From Longimicrobiales bacterium (GTDB lineage Bacteria > Gemmatimonadota > Gemmatimonadetes > Longimicrobiales > Gaopeijiaceae), in contig OZ241892.1 of NCBI GenBank assembly GCA_965203485.1, forward strand, positions 1,120,001-1,184,000: DNA of 64,000 nt, read 5' to 3'. The position numbers were made by a program, and so were the translations under genes. The notes below the pieces were generated by a model. It ran no database searches, was not told where the DNA came from, and worked only from the letters and a program-made list of their open reading frames with translations. Positions 29,638 through 39,972 of this stretch are shown in pieces. Within the stretch, counting starts at the first letter, position 1; each line of letters opens with the position of its first letter.

Positions 29638-29890
29638 ACCTCCAAACGCGACAGGCGGCGCTCGAAAGCAGCGTAGCGAACGGGGTTGCACGGCGCCCCG
29701 GAGGAATCCGTCGCGATCGGCTGGGCCGGGCTGGTAGGTTTGTCTCGGTCGGAGGCGCGCCGCATCTCGGGCCGGGGCCGCCTTCCCTTGGTGCGCCTCT
29801 GCTCCAGGGTTGACCGCGAAGGCGATTGCGGGGTGCGCCCGTCCGGCCAAGATTCGATGTTTCCGCACCCCAAGAGGAAGGAAGCGCCGG

Positions 29891-30823
29891 ATGGCCAAGA
29901 AGATCACCGTGGTGGGCGCCGGCCACGTCGGCGAGGTCTGCGCGCAACGGCTCGCCGAAAAGGAGCTGTGCGAAGAAGTCGTGCTGATCGACATCGTCGA
30001 GGGCATCCCCCAAGGCAAGGGGCTCGACCAATGGCAGAGCGCCCCGGTCGAAGGCTTCGACACCCGCGTGTCGGGCTCCAACGACTACGCCCCCGCCGAG
30101 GGATCGGACCTCTTCGTCGTGACCGCGGGCATCGCCCGCAAGCCGGGCATGAGTCGCGACGACCTGCTCCGCACCAATGCCGGCATCGTCCGGTCGGTGG
30201 GCCGCGAGATCGCCCGCGTCGCCCCCGAGGCGGTGGTGATCGTCGTGTCCAACCCGCTCGACGTGATGGCCTACGTCATGAAGGAGGCCACAGGGTTCCC
30301 CCGCGAGCGCGTGGTCGGCATGGCGGGCGTCCTCGACACGGCCCGCTTCCGCGCGTTCATCGCCATGGAACTCGACGTGAGCGTGCAGGACATCCAGGCG
30401 CTGGTGCTGGGCGGCCACGGCGACACGATGGTGCCGCTGGCCTCGTACGCCTCGGTGAGCGGCATTCCGCTGACCCAGCTGATCGAGCCCGACCGCCTCG
30501 AGGCCATCGTCCGGAGGACGCGAGACGGCGGCGCGGAGATCGTGGCCCATCTCAAGACCGGGAGCGCCTATTACGCGCCGTCCGCCGCGGCCGTGCAGAT
30601 GGCCGCCGCCGTCGTCGGCAACCAGCGCCGAATCCTGCCGGCCGCGGCCTTCCTGGAAGGCGAGTACGGCCAAGCGGGCATCTACCTGGGCGTTCCCTGC
30701 AAGCTCGGCGCGGGCGGACTCTTGGAGATCGTCCAAGTGGACTTGGCCGAGGGCGAGCAAGCCGCATTGGCCGAGAGCGCCGCGCACGTGCGCGCCACGA
30801 TGGCGGCGCTTTCGGAGGACTGA
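29891..30823 (+). CDS. mdh: Malate dehydrogenase (LDH-like)
   Basis: [47 protein letters not shown]. Confidence 0.95.
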   Translation: MAKKITVVGAGHVGEVCAQRLAEKELCEEVVLIDIVEGIPQGKGLDQWQSAPVEGFDTRVSGSNDYAPAEGSDLFVVTAGIARKPGMSRDDLLRTNAGIVRSVGREIARVAPEAVVIVVSNPLDVMAYVMKEATGFPRERVVGMAGVLDTARFRAFIAMELDVSVQDIQALVLGGHGDTMVPLASYASVSGIPLTQLIEPDRLEAIVRRTRDGGAEIVAHLKTGSAYYAPSAAAVQMAAAVVGNQRRILPAAAFLEGEYGQAGIYLGVPCKLGAGGLLEIVQVDLAEGEQAALAESAAHVRATMAALSED

Positions 30824-30825
30824 AG

Positions 30826-31452
30826 ATGCCCGGCGTCCATGGCTCGCGAACGCCGCCCGACTCCGGCCGTTGCCTGCCCCCGGATCCGTCGGCGGTCGGG
30901 GCCGCGTCGGCGCCCGCGCCCGGCGGCGCCCGCGCCCTTCGCGGGCGAAGGCTGTGGGCGCTGCTTCCGGCGCTGGCGGCATGCGGCGGCGACGCCGTCT
31001 TGCCCGACGGGCCTCCCGGCATCGAGGACCTGGCCTTCGCGCCGGAGCTCGAGGTCGATCTGTCCCGCATGACCTTGTTGGCTTCGGGCCTGTACGTGCG
31101 CGACCTCGTGGCGGGAACCGGGGCCGAGGCCGTGTCCCAGGCCGGAGTTCGCTTCGACTACGAGGGGTGGCTCCACGACGGCACGCCCGTGGACCGGGGG
31201 CGATACCCGGCAAGCCCGTTCTGGCCGGGCGCCTTCGAGAGCCAGCTCGACGGCGAAGTCTACTACCTGGTGGGCAGCGGCGAGACCATCGCCGGATGGG
31301 ACATCGGACTGGTGGGGATGCGGGTCGGGGGCACGCGCCAAGTGGTTATTCCGCCGAAGCTTGGCTACGGCGCCGGGGGCTCGCCCGACAACAGGGTGCC
31401 GCCCAACGCGGTTCTCGTGTACCGGTTCGGTCTGCTTGCCGTCGAACCCTAG
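30826..31452 (+). CDS. FKBP-type peptidyl-prolyl isomerase, probable lipoprotein
   Basis: Lipobox LAAC; SGLYVRD, IAGWDIG..GMRVGG.R...IPP.LGYG, VPPNAVL. Confidence 0.88.
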   Translation: MPGVHGSRTPPDSGRCLPPDPSAVGAASAPAPGGARALRGRRLWALLPALAACGGDAVLPDGPPGIEDLAFAPELEVDLSRMTLLASGLYVRDLVAGTGAEAVSQAGVRFDYEGWLHDGTPVDRGRYPASPFWPGAFESQLDGEVYYLVGSGETIAGWDIGLVGMRVGGTRQVVIPPKLGYGAGGSPDNRVPPNAVLVYRFGLLAVEP

Positions 31453-31571
31453 TCCGAAGGCCCAGGTGGAAAAGGGAGCGTTCGGCGCGCAAGTCGGTCT
31501 TCGCTGGGCATTGCGCGTCGCCGGTGGGCGGGCTCGCCGCTCCCGCCGCCGTCGTCGGCCGGACTCTCGGC

Positions 31572-32126
31572 CTACAACCGCGGCAACGCCACTCCCGTCT
31601 GGCCCTGGTACTTGCCCTTCCGGTCGGCGTACGTGACGTCCGGCGTCTCGTCGCCCTGGAAGAAAACCAGCTGGGCGATCCCCTCGCCGCCGTAGATCCG
31701 GGCGGGCAGGGGCGTCGTGTTGGATATTTCCAGCGTCAGATAGCCCTCCCAGCCGGGCTCCAGCGGCGTCACGTTGACGATTATGCCGCACCGGGCATAG
31801 GTGCTCTTGCCGACGCACAGAACCAGCACGTCGGACGGCACCCGGAACCGCTCGACCGTCCGGGCCAACGCGAACGAGTTGGGTGGGATGATGCACTCCG
31901 GGCCGTTCACGTCCACGAAGGATCGCTCGTCGAACGCCTTCGGGTCCACAACGAGGTTGTGCACGTTGGTGAAGACCTTGAACTCGGGAGCGACGCGGAT
32001 GTCGTAGCCGAACGAAGAGAGGCCGAACGAGATGCTGCCGTTGCGCACCTGCCCGGCTTCGAACGGCTTGATCATCCCGTGCTCGAGGGCCATCCGGCGA
32101 ATCCAGCGGTCGCTCTTGACGGGCAT
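31572..32126 (-). CDS. dcd: dCTP deaminase
   Basis: [49 protein letters not shown]. Confidence 0.95.
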   Translation of the reverse strand: MPVKSDRWIRRMALEHGMIKPFEAGQVRNGSISFGLSSFGYDIRVAPEFKVFTNVHNLVVDPKAFDERSFVDVNGPECIIPPNSFALARTVERFRVPSDVLVLCVGKSTYARCGIIVNVTPLEPGWEGYLTLEISNTTPLPARIYGGEGIAQLVFFQGDETPDVTYADRKGKYQGQTGVALPRL

Positions 32127-32407
32127 GTGGGCTGGCGGGAAAGGCGCGGGGGACGGAAGGAGGAACATGATGCCGGCCGACTCGATTCTGCACGTCGGCA
32201 GGGGGTGAACTGCGGGCCAACATAGCCGCTCGGCGAAGTTGCCGCCAAGCGGAACCGGTGCGCCTCGCTGGGCGGCCCCATCGATCCGCTTGCCGGCGCC
32301 GCGAGGGCTTGGGAAGCGGCTGGACGAACGACGCCTCCCAAGGCGAATCGAGACCGGTCCGTCCGAAGACGGGAGCGGCCCGGCCCGGTCTTCTCTCGCG
32401 CCGTCAG

Positions 32408-32870
32408 CTAGCGCGGCAACCCGCGCAGGGTCACGACGGCGGTCCGTCCGCCGAAAGCGGCGGGAAAGGCCCCCGACCAGTCGCGGACTATGCTCCGCAC
32501 GCGGCCCGTCGCTTCGTCGACCGGCATCGCCGCGCGTCCTCCGGTTGCCCGGTCCAGCGTCGCGGCTCCCTCCGGCCCGGCCATCCCGATGCGGTCCAGC
32601 ATGGTGGTCCACGTGTCCTCGACGGCACGGCGAAGAGAAAGCCGGCGCCCCCGTGGTCCACGGGATCGGGCGAGAGAGTCAGCCGATGGCGACGGAGAAC
32701 GCCGCCGTGTCGCCGATCGACGCCAGCGTGACCGACGGCGTGACGACCAGCGACTCGGCCCGCGGCACGGCGGAACCGTCGTCGCAGGAGCCCACCGCGA
32801 ACGCAACGAGCGTCCCGAGCGCGCCGGTTCCCGGTATGCCGGTGGCCGGCGCCCGTGCCTTGCCCGCGCG
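32408..32870 (-). pseudogene. Remnant of an Ig-like-domain lipoprotein (internal deletion plus frameshifts)
   Basis: Lipobox-like LVAFAVGSC followed by an Ig-like start [20 protein letters not shown] that stops at 32679. In other frames it continues [16 protein letters not shown] / EDTW...[17 protein letters not shown]...[10 protein letters not shown]...RGLPR*. Confidence 0.5.
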
Positions 32871-33205
32871 GACCCGGTCCAGGGCGCGCTCACGTCGGCC
32901 CGTCCTCGAGCGGCCTTCACGACTCGATGCCGGTCTCCCGTGCAGGATTGGTGGACTGCCGCTCGCGCACGCCAAGGTTGCGGCGCCGTCGTCGGCCCGC
33001 GGCCGGCGATGCCGCCCAGCCACGCACAGCGCGACGTGCCAATCGCGCGCGCTCGACGCGAAACGTTACCCAAGGGTGTGACAAGGGCGCGACCGGCGAG
33101 TCCCGGCGATGCCGGCGGAGCGTCCCGCGGCACCTCGCGGCCTGCGGCACCGCGGCCCGTGGGTTGCCGCGCCGTCGTCCGCCGCCTCGCGCCGCCGCCC
33201 CGCGC

Positions 33206-33234
33206 TTGAGCATCGCGGCCGACGGCCGTATCTT
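33206..33234 (+). promoter_or_regulatory. sigma70-type promoter of the nuo operon (TTGAGC-N17-TATCTT)
   Basis: Hexamers at 33206-33211 and 33229-33234, 83 nt before the nuoA ATG. Confidence 0.6.
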
Positions 33235-33248
33235 CCGTGGCCAGCAGC

Positions 33249-33266
33249 TCGTGAAACATTTCACAA
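33249..33266. promoter_or_regulatory. Rex (NADH/NAD+ sensor) operator
   Basis: TCGTGAA-ACAT-TTCACAA matches 13 of 14 positions of the Rex consensus TTGTGAA-N4-TTCACAA; it sits between the promoter and nuoA. Confidence 0.75.
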
Positions 33267-33317
33267 GCGAGCGCGCCGCGGCCCGGGGCGACCGGGGCCG
33301 ACGACCGGGAGCCCCGC

Positions 33318-33674
33318 ATGGCATCGTCCTACATTCCGCTCCTCATCATTCTGGGCGTGTCGGTCGTCAACGCGGTGGGGATGGCGGTTGCGTCGCACGT
33401 GCTCAATCCACGTCGCCCGACGCCCGAGAAGGCCATGCCGTACGAGTCTGGAATGATCCCGCTCGGAGACACGCGGGCGCGCTTCTCGATCAAGTTCTAC
33501 ATGGTGGCGATCAGCTTCATCGTCTTCGACCTGGAGGCGATCTTTCTTGTGCCGTGGGCGGTGCGGATGCGCGAGCTGGGCTGGGGTCCGTTCGTGGCCG
33601 TCTTCCTCTTCACGGCGGTGCTCGCGGTGGGGCTGGCCTACGAATGGAGGAAAGGAGGCCTGGAATGGGACTAG
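33318..33674 (+). CDS. nuoA: NADH-quinone oxidoreductase subunit A
   Basis: [30 protein letters not shown]. Confidence 0.95.
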   Translation: MASSYIPLLIILGVSVVNAVGMAVASHVLNPRRPTPEKAMPYESGMIPLGDTRARFSIKFYMVAISFIVFDLEAIFLVPWAVRMRELGWGPFVAVFLFTAVLAVGLAYEWRKGGLEWD

Positions 33675-34318
33675 ACCGGCCGGGCGTGCTCGGCGCCGGA
33701 ACGCCGGCCTTCCTGACGACCAAGCTGGACTTCGTCGTCAATTGGGCCAGACGCAACTCGCTCTGGCCGATGCCGTTCGGGACGGCCTGCTGCGCGATCG
33801 AGATGATGGCGTCGGCGGCCAGCAACTACGACTTGGCCCGCTTCGGCATGGAGCGGATGTCGTTCAGCCCGCGGCAGGCCGACGTGCTCATCTGCGCGGG
33901 CCGCGTGCCCTACAAGCTGGCGCCGGTCCTGCGCCGCATCTGGGACCAGATGATGCAGCCCAAGTGGTGCATCTCCATGGGAGCCTGCGCGTCCTCGGGG
34001 GGCGTCTTCGACGCGTACTCGATGGTGCAGGGGATCGACACGATCGTGCCCGTGGACGTCTACATTCCGGGGTGCCCCCCGCGCCCGGAGGCCCTCATCT
34101 ACGGCCTCATGATGGTCCAGGAGAAGATTCGCGGCGAGAGCTTGGCCCGGCATGCGGAGTTGCGGGCCGAAGATCCGGCGGACGCCGGCCGTCCGAAGGC
34201 GAGCGAGCGCGAGGTCCTCGACTTGACCGGCCCGTTCGGCAACTCCACCCAGCAGAACCGGGTCAGCGGCGAGGTCGAGACCAGCGCCGTCGGCCGGCCT
34301 GCCGACCGCCTGCCCTGA
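33665..34318 (+). CDS. nuoB: NADH-quinone oxidoreductase subunit B
   Basis: [35 protein letters not shown]. Confidence 0.96.
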   Translation: MGLDRPGVLGAGTPAFLTTKLDFVVNWARRNSLWPMPFGTACCAIEMMASAASNYDLARFGMERMSFSPRQADVLICAGRVPYKLAPVLRRIWDQMMQPKWCISMGACASSGGVFDAYSMVQGIDTIVPVDVYIPGCPPRPEALIYGLMMVQEKIRGESLARHAELRAEDPADAGRPKASEREVLDLTGPFGNSTQQNRVSGEVETSAVGRPADRLP

Positions 34319-34335
34319 AGGGGAGGAAGCGCGCC

Positions 34336-35088
34336 TTGAGCCCGAGCGGCGACCCCGCCGGCCCGCCGCCGTTCGACTTCAGCGCCGTCGCTCGCGGTCC
34401 GGCCGCCGCCGCCGAGGTTGCTCCGGCCGGTCGCCGGCCCGGCAGCGGGGAGCCGATCAATCCGTCCGTGCGCGCGCTCGGGGCCCGCTTCGGCTCAGCC
34501 GTCCTGCGCAGCGAGGTCAACGCGGGCGACCAGGACGTCGTGTACGTCGAGCCCGCGCGGATCCTGGAGGTTCTCCGCTGGCTTCGCGACGAGCCGGAAG
34601 AGCACTACGACCACCTCGCGGACGTCACCGCGGTGGACTACGGCGGCGGACGCCCCATCGAGGTCGTCTACCAGCTTTGGTCGATTCCGCGGCGCAAGGC
34701 GCTCCGCGTCAAGTGCGAGCTGCCGCTCTCGGCTCTGGAGATCGACAGCGCCACGGCGCTGTGGGCGGGCGCCGACTGGCTGGAGCGAGAGGTGTACGAC
34801 CTCTTCGGAGTCAGGTTCCGGGGGCACCCCAACTTGCGCCGCATCCTGATGCCCGACAACTACGCCGAGGGACATCCGCTGCGGAAGGACTTTCCGCTGA
34901 GGGGCCGCTTCTCGCGGGCCGAGCAGACGCGCCGCGCGCTGTCCCAGGAGCCGGAGGACTACTACGCGCCCGGCGAGATCGGCGACCGCGTTCCCCAGAC
35001 CATGGTGAGCCCCCGGGGCGCCGGCGACGCCGAGGAAAGCGCCGCTCCGCCGTCGCCGGCCGGCGACGAAGCGCGGACCCGCCGATGA
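34336..35088 (+). CDS. nuoC: NADH-quinone oxidoreductase subunit C
   Basis: DVTAVDY, WLEREVYDLFG..F.GHPNLRRILM, HPLRKDFPL; GGAGG then TTG. Confidence 0.93.
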   Translation: MSPSGDPAGPPPFDFSAVARGPAAAAEVAPAGRRPGSGEPINPSVRALGARFGSAVLRSEVNAGDQDVVYVEPARILEVLRWLRDEPEEHYDHLADVTAVDYGGGRPIEVVYQLWSIPRRKALRVKCELPLSALEIDSATALWAGADWLEREVYDLFGVRFRGHPNLRRILMPDNYAEGHPLRKDFPLRGRFSRAEQTRRALSQEPEDYYAPGEIGDRVPQTMVSPRGAGDAEESAAPPSPAGDEARTRR

Positions 35089-36362
35089 CGACCCGCACGG
35101 TCGAGTTCGACGCCTCCCGCACCCCCGAGATGGGACCGGGCGGCGTCCTCGTCGCCAGTCCGTCGGTCCCGTTCGACGCGCCCGAGCCGGAGTGGGACTC
35201 CGAGACGATGCTGGTCAACGTCGGTCCGCAGCACCCGGCCACGCACGGAGTGCTCCGGCTGATCGTGGAGCTCGACGGCGAGACCGTCGTCAGCGTCGTG
35301 CCTCGCATCGGCTATCTGCACTCGTCGTTCGAGAAGCTGGGCGAGTACCGCACGTGGAACCAGATCGTGCCGCTCACGGACCGCATGGACTACCTGGCGC
35401 CGCTCATCTACAACTGCGCCTACGTCATGGCCGTCGAGAAGCTGATGGGCATCGAAGTCACCGACCGTTGCCGGGTTGCGCGCGTGATCTGCATGGAGAT
35501 GGACCGCATCTTCTCGCACTTGCTGTGGCTGGGCACGTGGTCCATCGACGTCGGCGCCTTCACCCCCTTCCTCTACGCCTTCCAGCAACGCGAGAAGGTC
35601 TACAAGCTGCACGAAGCGCTCACCGGCGCCCGCATCACGACCTCGGCCACGCGCATCGGCGGCATGATGGCCGACCTTCCGGAGGGCTGGACCGCCGGCG
35701 TGCGCGAGTTCGCGGACAACCTGCCGGCCACGCTGGACGAGATCGACGCGCTGCTGACGTGCAACGCCATCCACGTCGGACGGACGCAGGGAATCGGAGC
35801 GATCTCGGCGGAAGACGCGGTGGCGCATGGGCTCACGGGCGCGAACCTGCGCGCGAGCGGCGTCCCCTACGACGTGCGCAAGGACCGGCCGTACTACGAC
35901 TACGAGAGCTACGACTTCGAGGTTCCCATCGGTTGCCACGGCGACTGCTACGACCGCTACTTGGTGCGGATGGAGGAAATGCGCCAGAGCCTGCGCATTC
36001 TCCACCAGGCGCTGGACCGCCTGCCGTCCGGCCCCATGGACGTCGCAGACCCGCGCGTCAGCCTCCCGTCCAAGACCGACTGCATGTCCGACATGGAGTC
36101 GATGATCCACCACTTCAAGCTGATCACCGAAGGGCTCCCGGCGCCTGCGGAGGACTGCTGGTTCTCGGTGGAGGGATCGAAGGGCGAGCTCGGGATGTAC
36201 GTGGTGGGAGACGGCGGGCCGAAACCGGTCCGGTGGCGGATCCGCCCGCCGTCGTTCGTCAACTTGGCGGCGATTCCGGCGCTTGCCGAGGGCCACTTGA
36301 TGGCCGACCTCATCGTCATCAACGCAAGCTTGGACATCGTCCTGGGCGAGATCGACAGGTGA
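35085..36362 (+). CDS. nuoD: NADH-quinone oxidoreductase subunit D
   Basis: NVGPQHPATHGVLRL, GYLH, DRMDY, GDCYDRY, DIVLGEIDR. Confidence 0.96.
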   Translation: MTTRTVEFDASRTPEMGPGGVLVASPSVPFDAPEPEWDSETMLVNVGPQHPATHGVLRLIVELDGETVVSVVPRIGYLHSSFEKLGEYRTWNQIVPLTDRMDYLAPLIYNCAYVMAVEKLMGIEVTDRCRVARVICMEMDRIFSHLLWLGTWSIDVGAFTPFLYAFQQREKVYKLHEALTGARITTSATRIGGMMADLPEGWTAGVREFADNLPATLDEIDALLTCNAIHVGRTQGIGAISAEDAVAHGLTGANLRASGVPYDVRKDRPYYDYESYDFEVPIGCHGDCYDRYLVRMEEMRQSLRILHQALDRLPSGPMDVADPRVSLPSKTDCMSDMESMIHHFKLITEGLPAPAEDCWFSVEGSKGELGMYVVGDGGPKPVRWRIRPPSFVNLAAIPALAEGHLMADLIVINASLDIVLGEIDR

Positions 36363-37027
36363 GCGCCGCGCCCGTCAACAATCCCGGCTGGGCCGGCAAC
36401 ACGGGAGAGTTCGGCTTGTCCGAAGCGGACGTGCGGGGCGGGGCCGTTTCGGACGGTCCTCCGCTGGACGGCGGTCACGCGAGCGTAGCCCCCAGCCTGC
36501 CGTACATGCTGGCCGCCGGCGATCCGGACGCCGTCCTGTTCGAAGGCCCGTACGCGGAGCGCTTCAAGAAGATCAGGAGCCGCTATCCCACCGCGCGCGC
36601 GGCTCTGCTTCCGGCGCTGAACTTGGCCCAGGAGCTGCGTGGCTTCGTGTCGCCCGAGACCATGGACGAAGTGGCGGCGCTTCTCGGCCTGAGCAAGGCG
36701 TACGTGCGCGGCGTGGCGACCTTCTACACGATGTACAACAAGCGTCCCGTGGGACGCTTCCTCATCCAGGTGTGCACGAACATCTCTTGCAACCTGTGCG
36801 GCGCCGAGGACGTGCTGGCCGCGTTCCTGGACCAGACGGGCGCCGAGCTCGGCGAGACCTCCAAGGACGGAACGTTCACGGTCGTGGAGGCCGAGTGCCT
36901 GGCCGCGTGCGGCTTTCCGACGTGCGTGCAGATCAACTCGCGCTACTTCGAGGACGTCGGTCCGGGCGACGTGCCGAGCATCCTGGACCGCTTGAAGGGC
37001 GAGCTCCAGAGCGGCGCACGGGTCTGA
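36359..37027 (+). CDS. nuoE: NADH-quinone oxidoreductase subunit E
   Basis: VATFYTM, VCTNISC, ECLAAC; N-terminal extension, start uncertain. Confidence 0.92.
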   Translation: MSAAPVNNPGWAGNTGEFGLSEADVRGGAVSDGPPLDGGHASVAPSLPYMLAAGDPDAVLFEGPYAERFKKIRSRYPTARAALLPALNLAQELRGFVSPETMDEVAALLGLSKAYVRGVATFYTMYNKRPVGRFLIQVCTNISCNLCGAEDVLAAFLDQTGAELGETSKDGTFTVVEAECLAACGFPTCVQINSRYFEDVGPGDVPSILDRLKGELQSGARV

Positions 37028-37038
37028 GGAGCTGCGAC

Positions 37039-38331
37039 GTGGCCTACCCGTACCGGCACCGCCGCGAGACCCGAGTCCTCAGCGAGGCGTTCGGGGACCC
37101 GGCCGCCCGCACCGTCGCCGGGTGGAAGGCGCTGGGCGGCTACCAGGGACTGGCTCGCGCCTTGGAGATCGGGCGGGCCGCGACCGTCGACGAGGTGAAG
37201 GCGTCGGGCCTGCGGGGCAGAGGCGGGGCGGGCTTTCCGACGGGCGTGAAGTGGTCGTTCATGCCGCAGGACTCCGGGCGGACGCACTACTTGCTGTGCA
37301 ACGCCGACGAGTCGGAGCCGGGTACGTTCAAGGACCGAGAGATCATTCGCTGGACGCCGCACCAGCTGATCGAGGGATGCCTGGTCGGCGCGTACGCGAT
37401 CGGCGCAACGCATTGCTACGTCTATCTGCGCGGCGAGTTCTTCGAGGCCACGCGCGTTCTGGCCCGGGCGCTCGAGGAAGCGTACGCGGAGGGGTTGGCC
37501 GGCCCGGACGTCATGGGTTCGGGCGTGGACATCGACGTCACGCTGCACGTGGGCGCAGGCGCGTACATCTGCGGCGAGGAGACCGGCCTCATGAGTTCCC
37601 TGGAGGGCCGCCGCGGCGAGCCCCGAATCAAGCCGCCGTTTCCAGCCGCGTCGGGCGCGTTCGGAATGCCCACGACGATCAACAACGTCGAGACGCTGGC
37701 CGCCGTTCCCCACATCCTGCGGCACGGCGGCGAATGGTACCGCCAATGGGGAACCGACAAGAGCCCCGGCACGAAGCTGTTCTGCGTGTCGGGCCACGTG
37801 AACCGCCCCGGCAACTACGAGTTGCCCCTGGGGTTCCCGATGATGGACCTGATCGACGACGTGTGCGGGGGCATGCGCGAGGGCAAGGCGCTCAAGGCGG
37901 TGATCCCGGGCGGAAGCTCGGTGCCGATCTTGAGCGCCGACGACTGCGAGTCGTGCGACTTGTGCTACGAAGGAGTGGAAGCCGCCGGGTCGATGCTGGG
38001 GTGCGCGTCCGTGATCGTCATGGACGAGACGGCCGACGTCGTCAAGCAGGTCCGCCGCATGGCGGACTTCTACGCGCACGAGTCGTGCGGCCAGTGCACG
38101 CCCTGCCGCGAAGGCACCGCTTGGGCCGGCCGCATCCTGCGCCGCATCGAGGAGGGCCGGGGCAGGGAGGACGACCTCGGCACGCTCCTGCAGATATCCG
38201 AGCAGATGACGGGCACCACGATCTGCGTTCTGTCGGACTCGCTGGCGGCGCCCGTGATCTCTTCCATAGAGAAGTTCCGCGACGACTACCTGGCCCTGAT
38301 CCGCCGCGGCGAGCGAGTCGGGGCAACGTGA
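37039..38331 (+). CDS. nuoF: NADH-quinone oxidoreductase subunit F
   Basis: SGLRGRGGAGFPTG.KW, NADESEPGTFKDR, GAYICGEET, ESCGQCTPCREG. Confidence 0.96.
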   Translation: MAYPYRHRRETRVLSEAFGDPAARTVAGWKALGGYQGLARALEIGRAATVDEVKASGLRGRGGAGFPTGVKWSFMPQDSGRTHYLLCNADESEPGTFKDREIIRWTPHQLIEGCLVGAYAIGATHCYVYLRGEFFEATRVLARALEEAYAEGLAGPDVMGSGVDIDVTLHVGAGAYICGEETGLMSSLEGRRGEPRIKPPFPAASGAFGMPTTINNVETLAAVPHILRHGGEWYRQWGTDKSPGTKLFCVSGHVNRPGNYELPLGFPMMDLIDDVCGGMREGKALKAVIPGGSSVPILSADDCESCDLCYEGVEAAGSMLGCASVIVMDETADVVKQVRRMADFYAHESCGQCTPCREGTAWAGRILRRIEEGRGREDDLGTLLQISEQMTGTTICVLSDSLAAPVISSIEKFRDDYLALIRRGERVGAT

Positions 38332-38349
38332 CGCAAGCGAGGAAACGCA

Positions 38350-39972
38350 ATGGCCGATAACGGACGTCCGCCCGCCGCCGCGGTGGCCCTCACGATCGAC
38401 GGCCGCGACGTCACGGTGCCGAAGGGCACGTCGTTGCTGGAGGCCGCCGCGCTCGCGGGAACGGAGTTGCCCCACTACTGCTACCATCCGGGCCTGTCGG
38501 CGCCCGCCCAATGCCGAATCTGCCTCGTGGAGGTGGAGGGCGCCCCGAAGCTGCAGCCGTCGTGCGTCACGATGGCCCAGGACGGGCAAGTGGTGCGCAC
38601 GGACAGCCCGGAAGCGCTCAAGATGCGCAAGGGCGTGCTCGAGTTCTACCTGGTCAACCACCCGCTCGACTGCCCGGTCTGCGACATGTCGGGCGAGTGC
38701 AAGCTCCAGGACTACGTGTTCGCGGAAGGGCGCGAGAAGGGACGCGGCACGGAACCCAAGCGCGTCTTCGGGCGCGACGACTTCGGCGGCGACGTGCTGT
38801 ACTACGGCGACCGTTGCGTCATGTGCACCCGTTGCGTGCGCTTCATGGACGAGGTGGCGCGCGACTCGCGCCTGACCGTGGTGGAGCGGGGGAGCCGGGC
38901 CGTCATCGACACGTTCTTCGACGAAGGGCTGGAGGGGGCGTCGTTCGCCGGCAACGTCGTGGACATATGTCCCGTGGGCGCCTTGGTGTCCAAGGACTTC
39001 CTGCACAAGGCGAGAGCGTGGGACTTGGACCACGCTCCGTCGGTGTGCCCCGGATGCAGCCAGGGCTGCAACATCGAGCTGCACGTCCGCGACAACGCGG
39101 TTCAGCGCCTGAAGCCTCGGGAGAACGCGGACGTCAACGGGCACTGGATGTGCGACTTCGGCCGCGCCGGCTACGAGTGGATCAACCGGGGCGGACGGCT
39201 CGAAGCGCCTGCCGTGGGGCGCGGGGCCGGCCGCCGGGCTGCGGCGTGGGACGAGGCGCTGGGGTCGTTGCTGGCGCGGTTGCGGGCCGCCGCCGGCTCG
39301 GACGTGAAGGTGGTCGGTTCGGCAGGGTCGTCGTGCGAGGCGCTCGCGGCGCTCGCCGGGGTGGCCGAGGAGACGGGAGCCGTCTCGGCCCGGTTGTTCC
39401 GCTCGCGGCGGGCCGCCGACGAGGATCCCTTGCCCGGGTTCCCCACCTTGGTGCGAAGGCGCGACTTGGCCCCGAACGTGGACGGCGCGAGGGCCCTCGG
39501 CTTCTCGCGCGTGGGCGGCGACGACGCGGCGGGCGGACTCGAGGACGTGGCGGCGCACGACGGCGTGGTGCTCGTGCTGGACGACGAGCTCGCCGACCAG
39601 GACGAGTCGTTCGGCGCGCGGGCCGGCCTCTTCGTCTACTTGGGCGCCTGGGCGCCTGCGGCGGCCGCGAACGCGGACTTCGTGCTGCCGCTCGCCACGT
39701 TCGCCGAGCAGGACGGCGCGTTCGTCAACGTGCAGGGGCGCGTGCAGCGGTTCCGGCCGGGGATGCGCGCGCCGGGAGAGGCGCGGCCGGCTTGGCTGGC
39801 GCTGGGCGCCCTGATGGCGGCCTTGCAGGGCGCGGACGCTCCGCCGGCGAGCGCGGCGGCGGCGTTCGCGGCAGCGGCGCGGCGGCACCGCGCGTTGTCC
39901 GGCCTGTCGTACGAAGCGCTTGGATCGCTGGGGGCGCCGTCGGTTGCCGATCCAGGGGCGGACGCGGCGTGA
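38350..39972 (+). CDS. nuoG: NADH-quinone oxidoreductase subunit G (short, 540 aa)
   Basis: HYCYH, CRICLVE, NHPLDCPVCD..GEC, CVMCTRCVRF, CPVGAL, CPGCSQGC. Confidence 0.93.
   Translation: MADNGRPPAAAVALTIDGRDVTVPKGTSLLEAAALAGTELPHYCYHPGLSAPAQCRICLVEVEGAPKLQPSCVTMAQDGQVVRTDSPEALKMRKGVLEFYLVNHPLDCPVCDMSGECKLQDYVFAEGREKGRGTEPKRVFGRDDFGGDVLYYGDRCVMCTRCVRFMDEVARDSRLTVVERGSRAVIDTFFDEGLEGASFAGNVVDICPVGALVSKDFLHKARAWDLDHAPSVCPGCSQGCNIELHVRDNAVQRLKPRENADVNGHWMCDFGRAGYEWINRGGRLEAPAVGRGAGRRAAAWDEALGSLLARLRAAAGSDVKVVGSAGSSCEALAALAGVAEETGAVSARLFRSRRAADEDPLPGFPTLVRRRDLAPNVDGARALGFSRVGGDDAAGGLEDVAAHDGVVLVLDDELADQDESFGARAGLFVYLGAWAPAAAANADFVLPLATFAEQDGAFVNVQGRVQRFRPGMRAPGEARPAWLALGALMAALQGADAPPASAAAAFAAAARRHRALSGLSYEALGSLGAPSVADPGADAA

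Noticed and set aside
38350..39972. Short NuoG as a possible truncation
   Set aside because: All Fe-S motifs and the C-terminal segment are present and the gene is coupled to nuoH; more likely a natural compact form.
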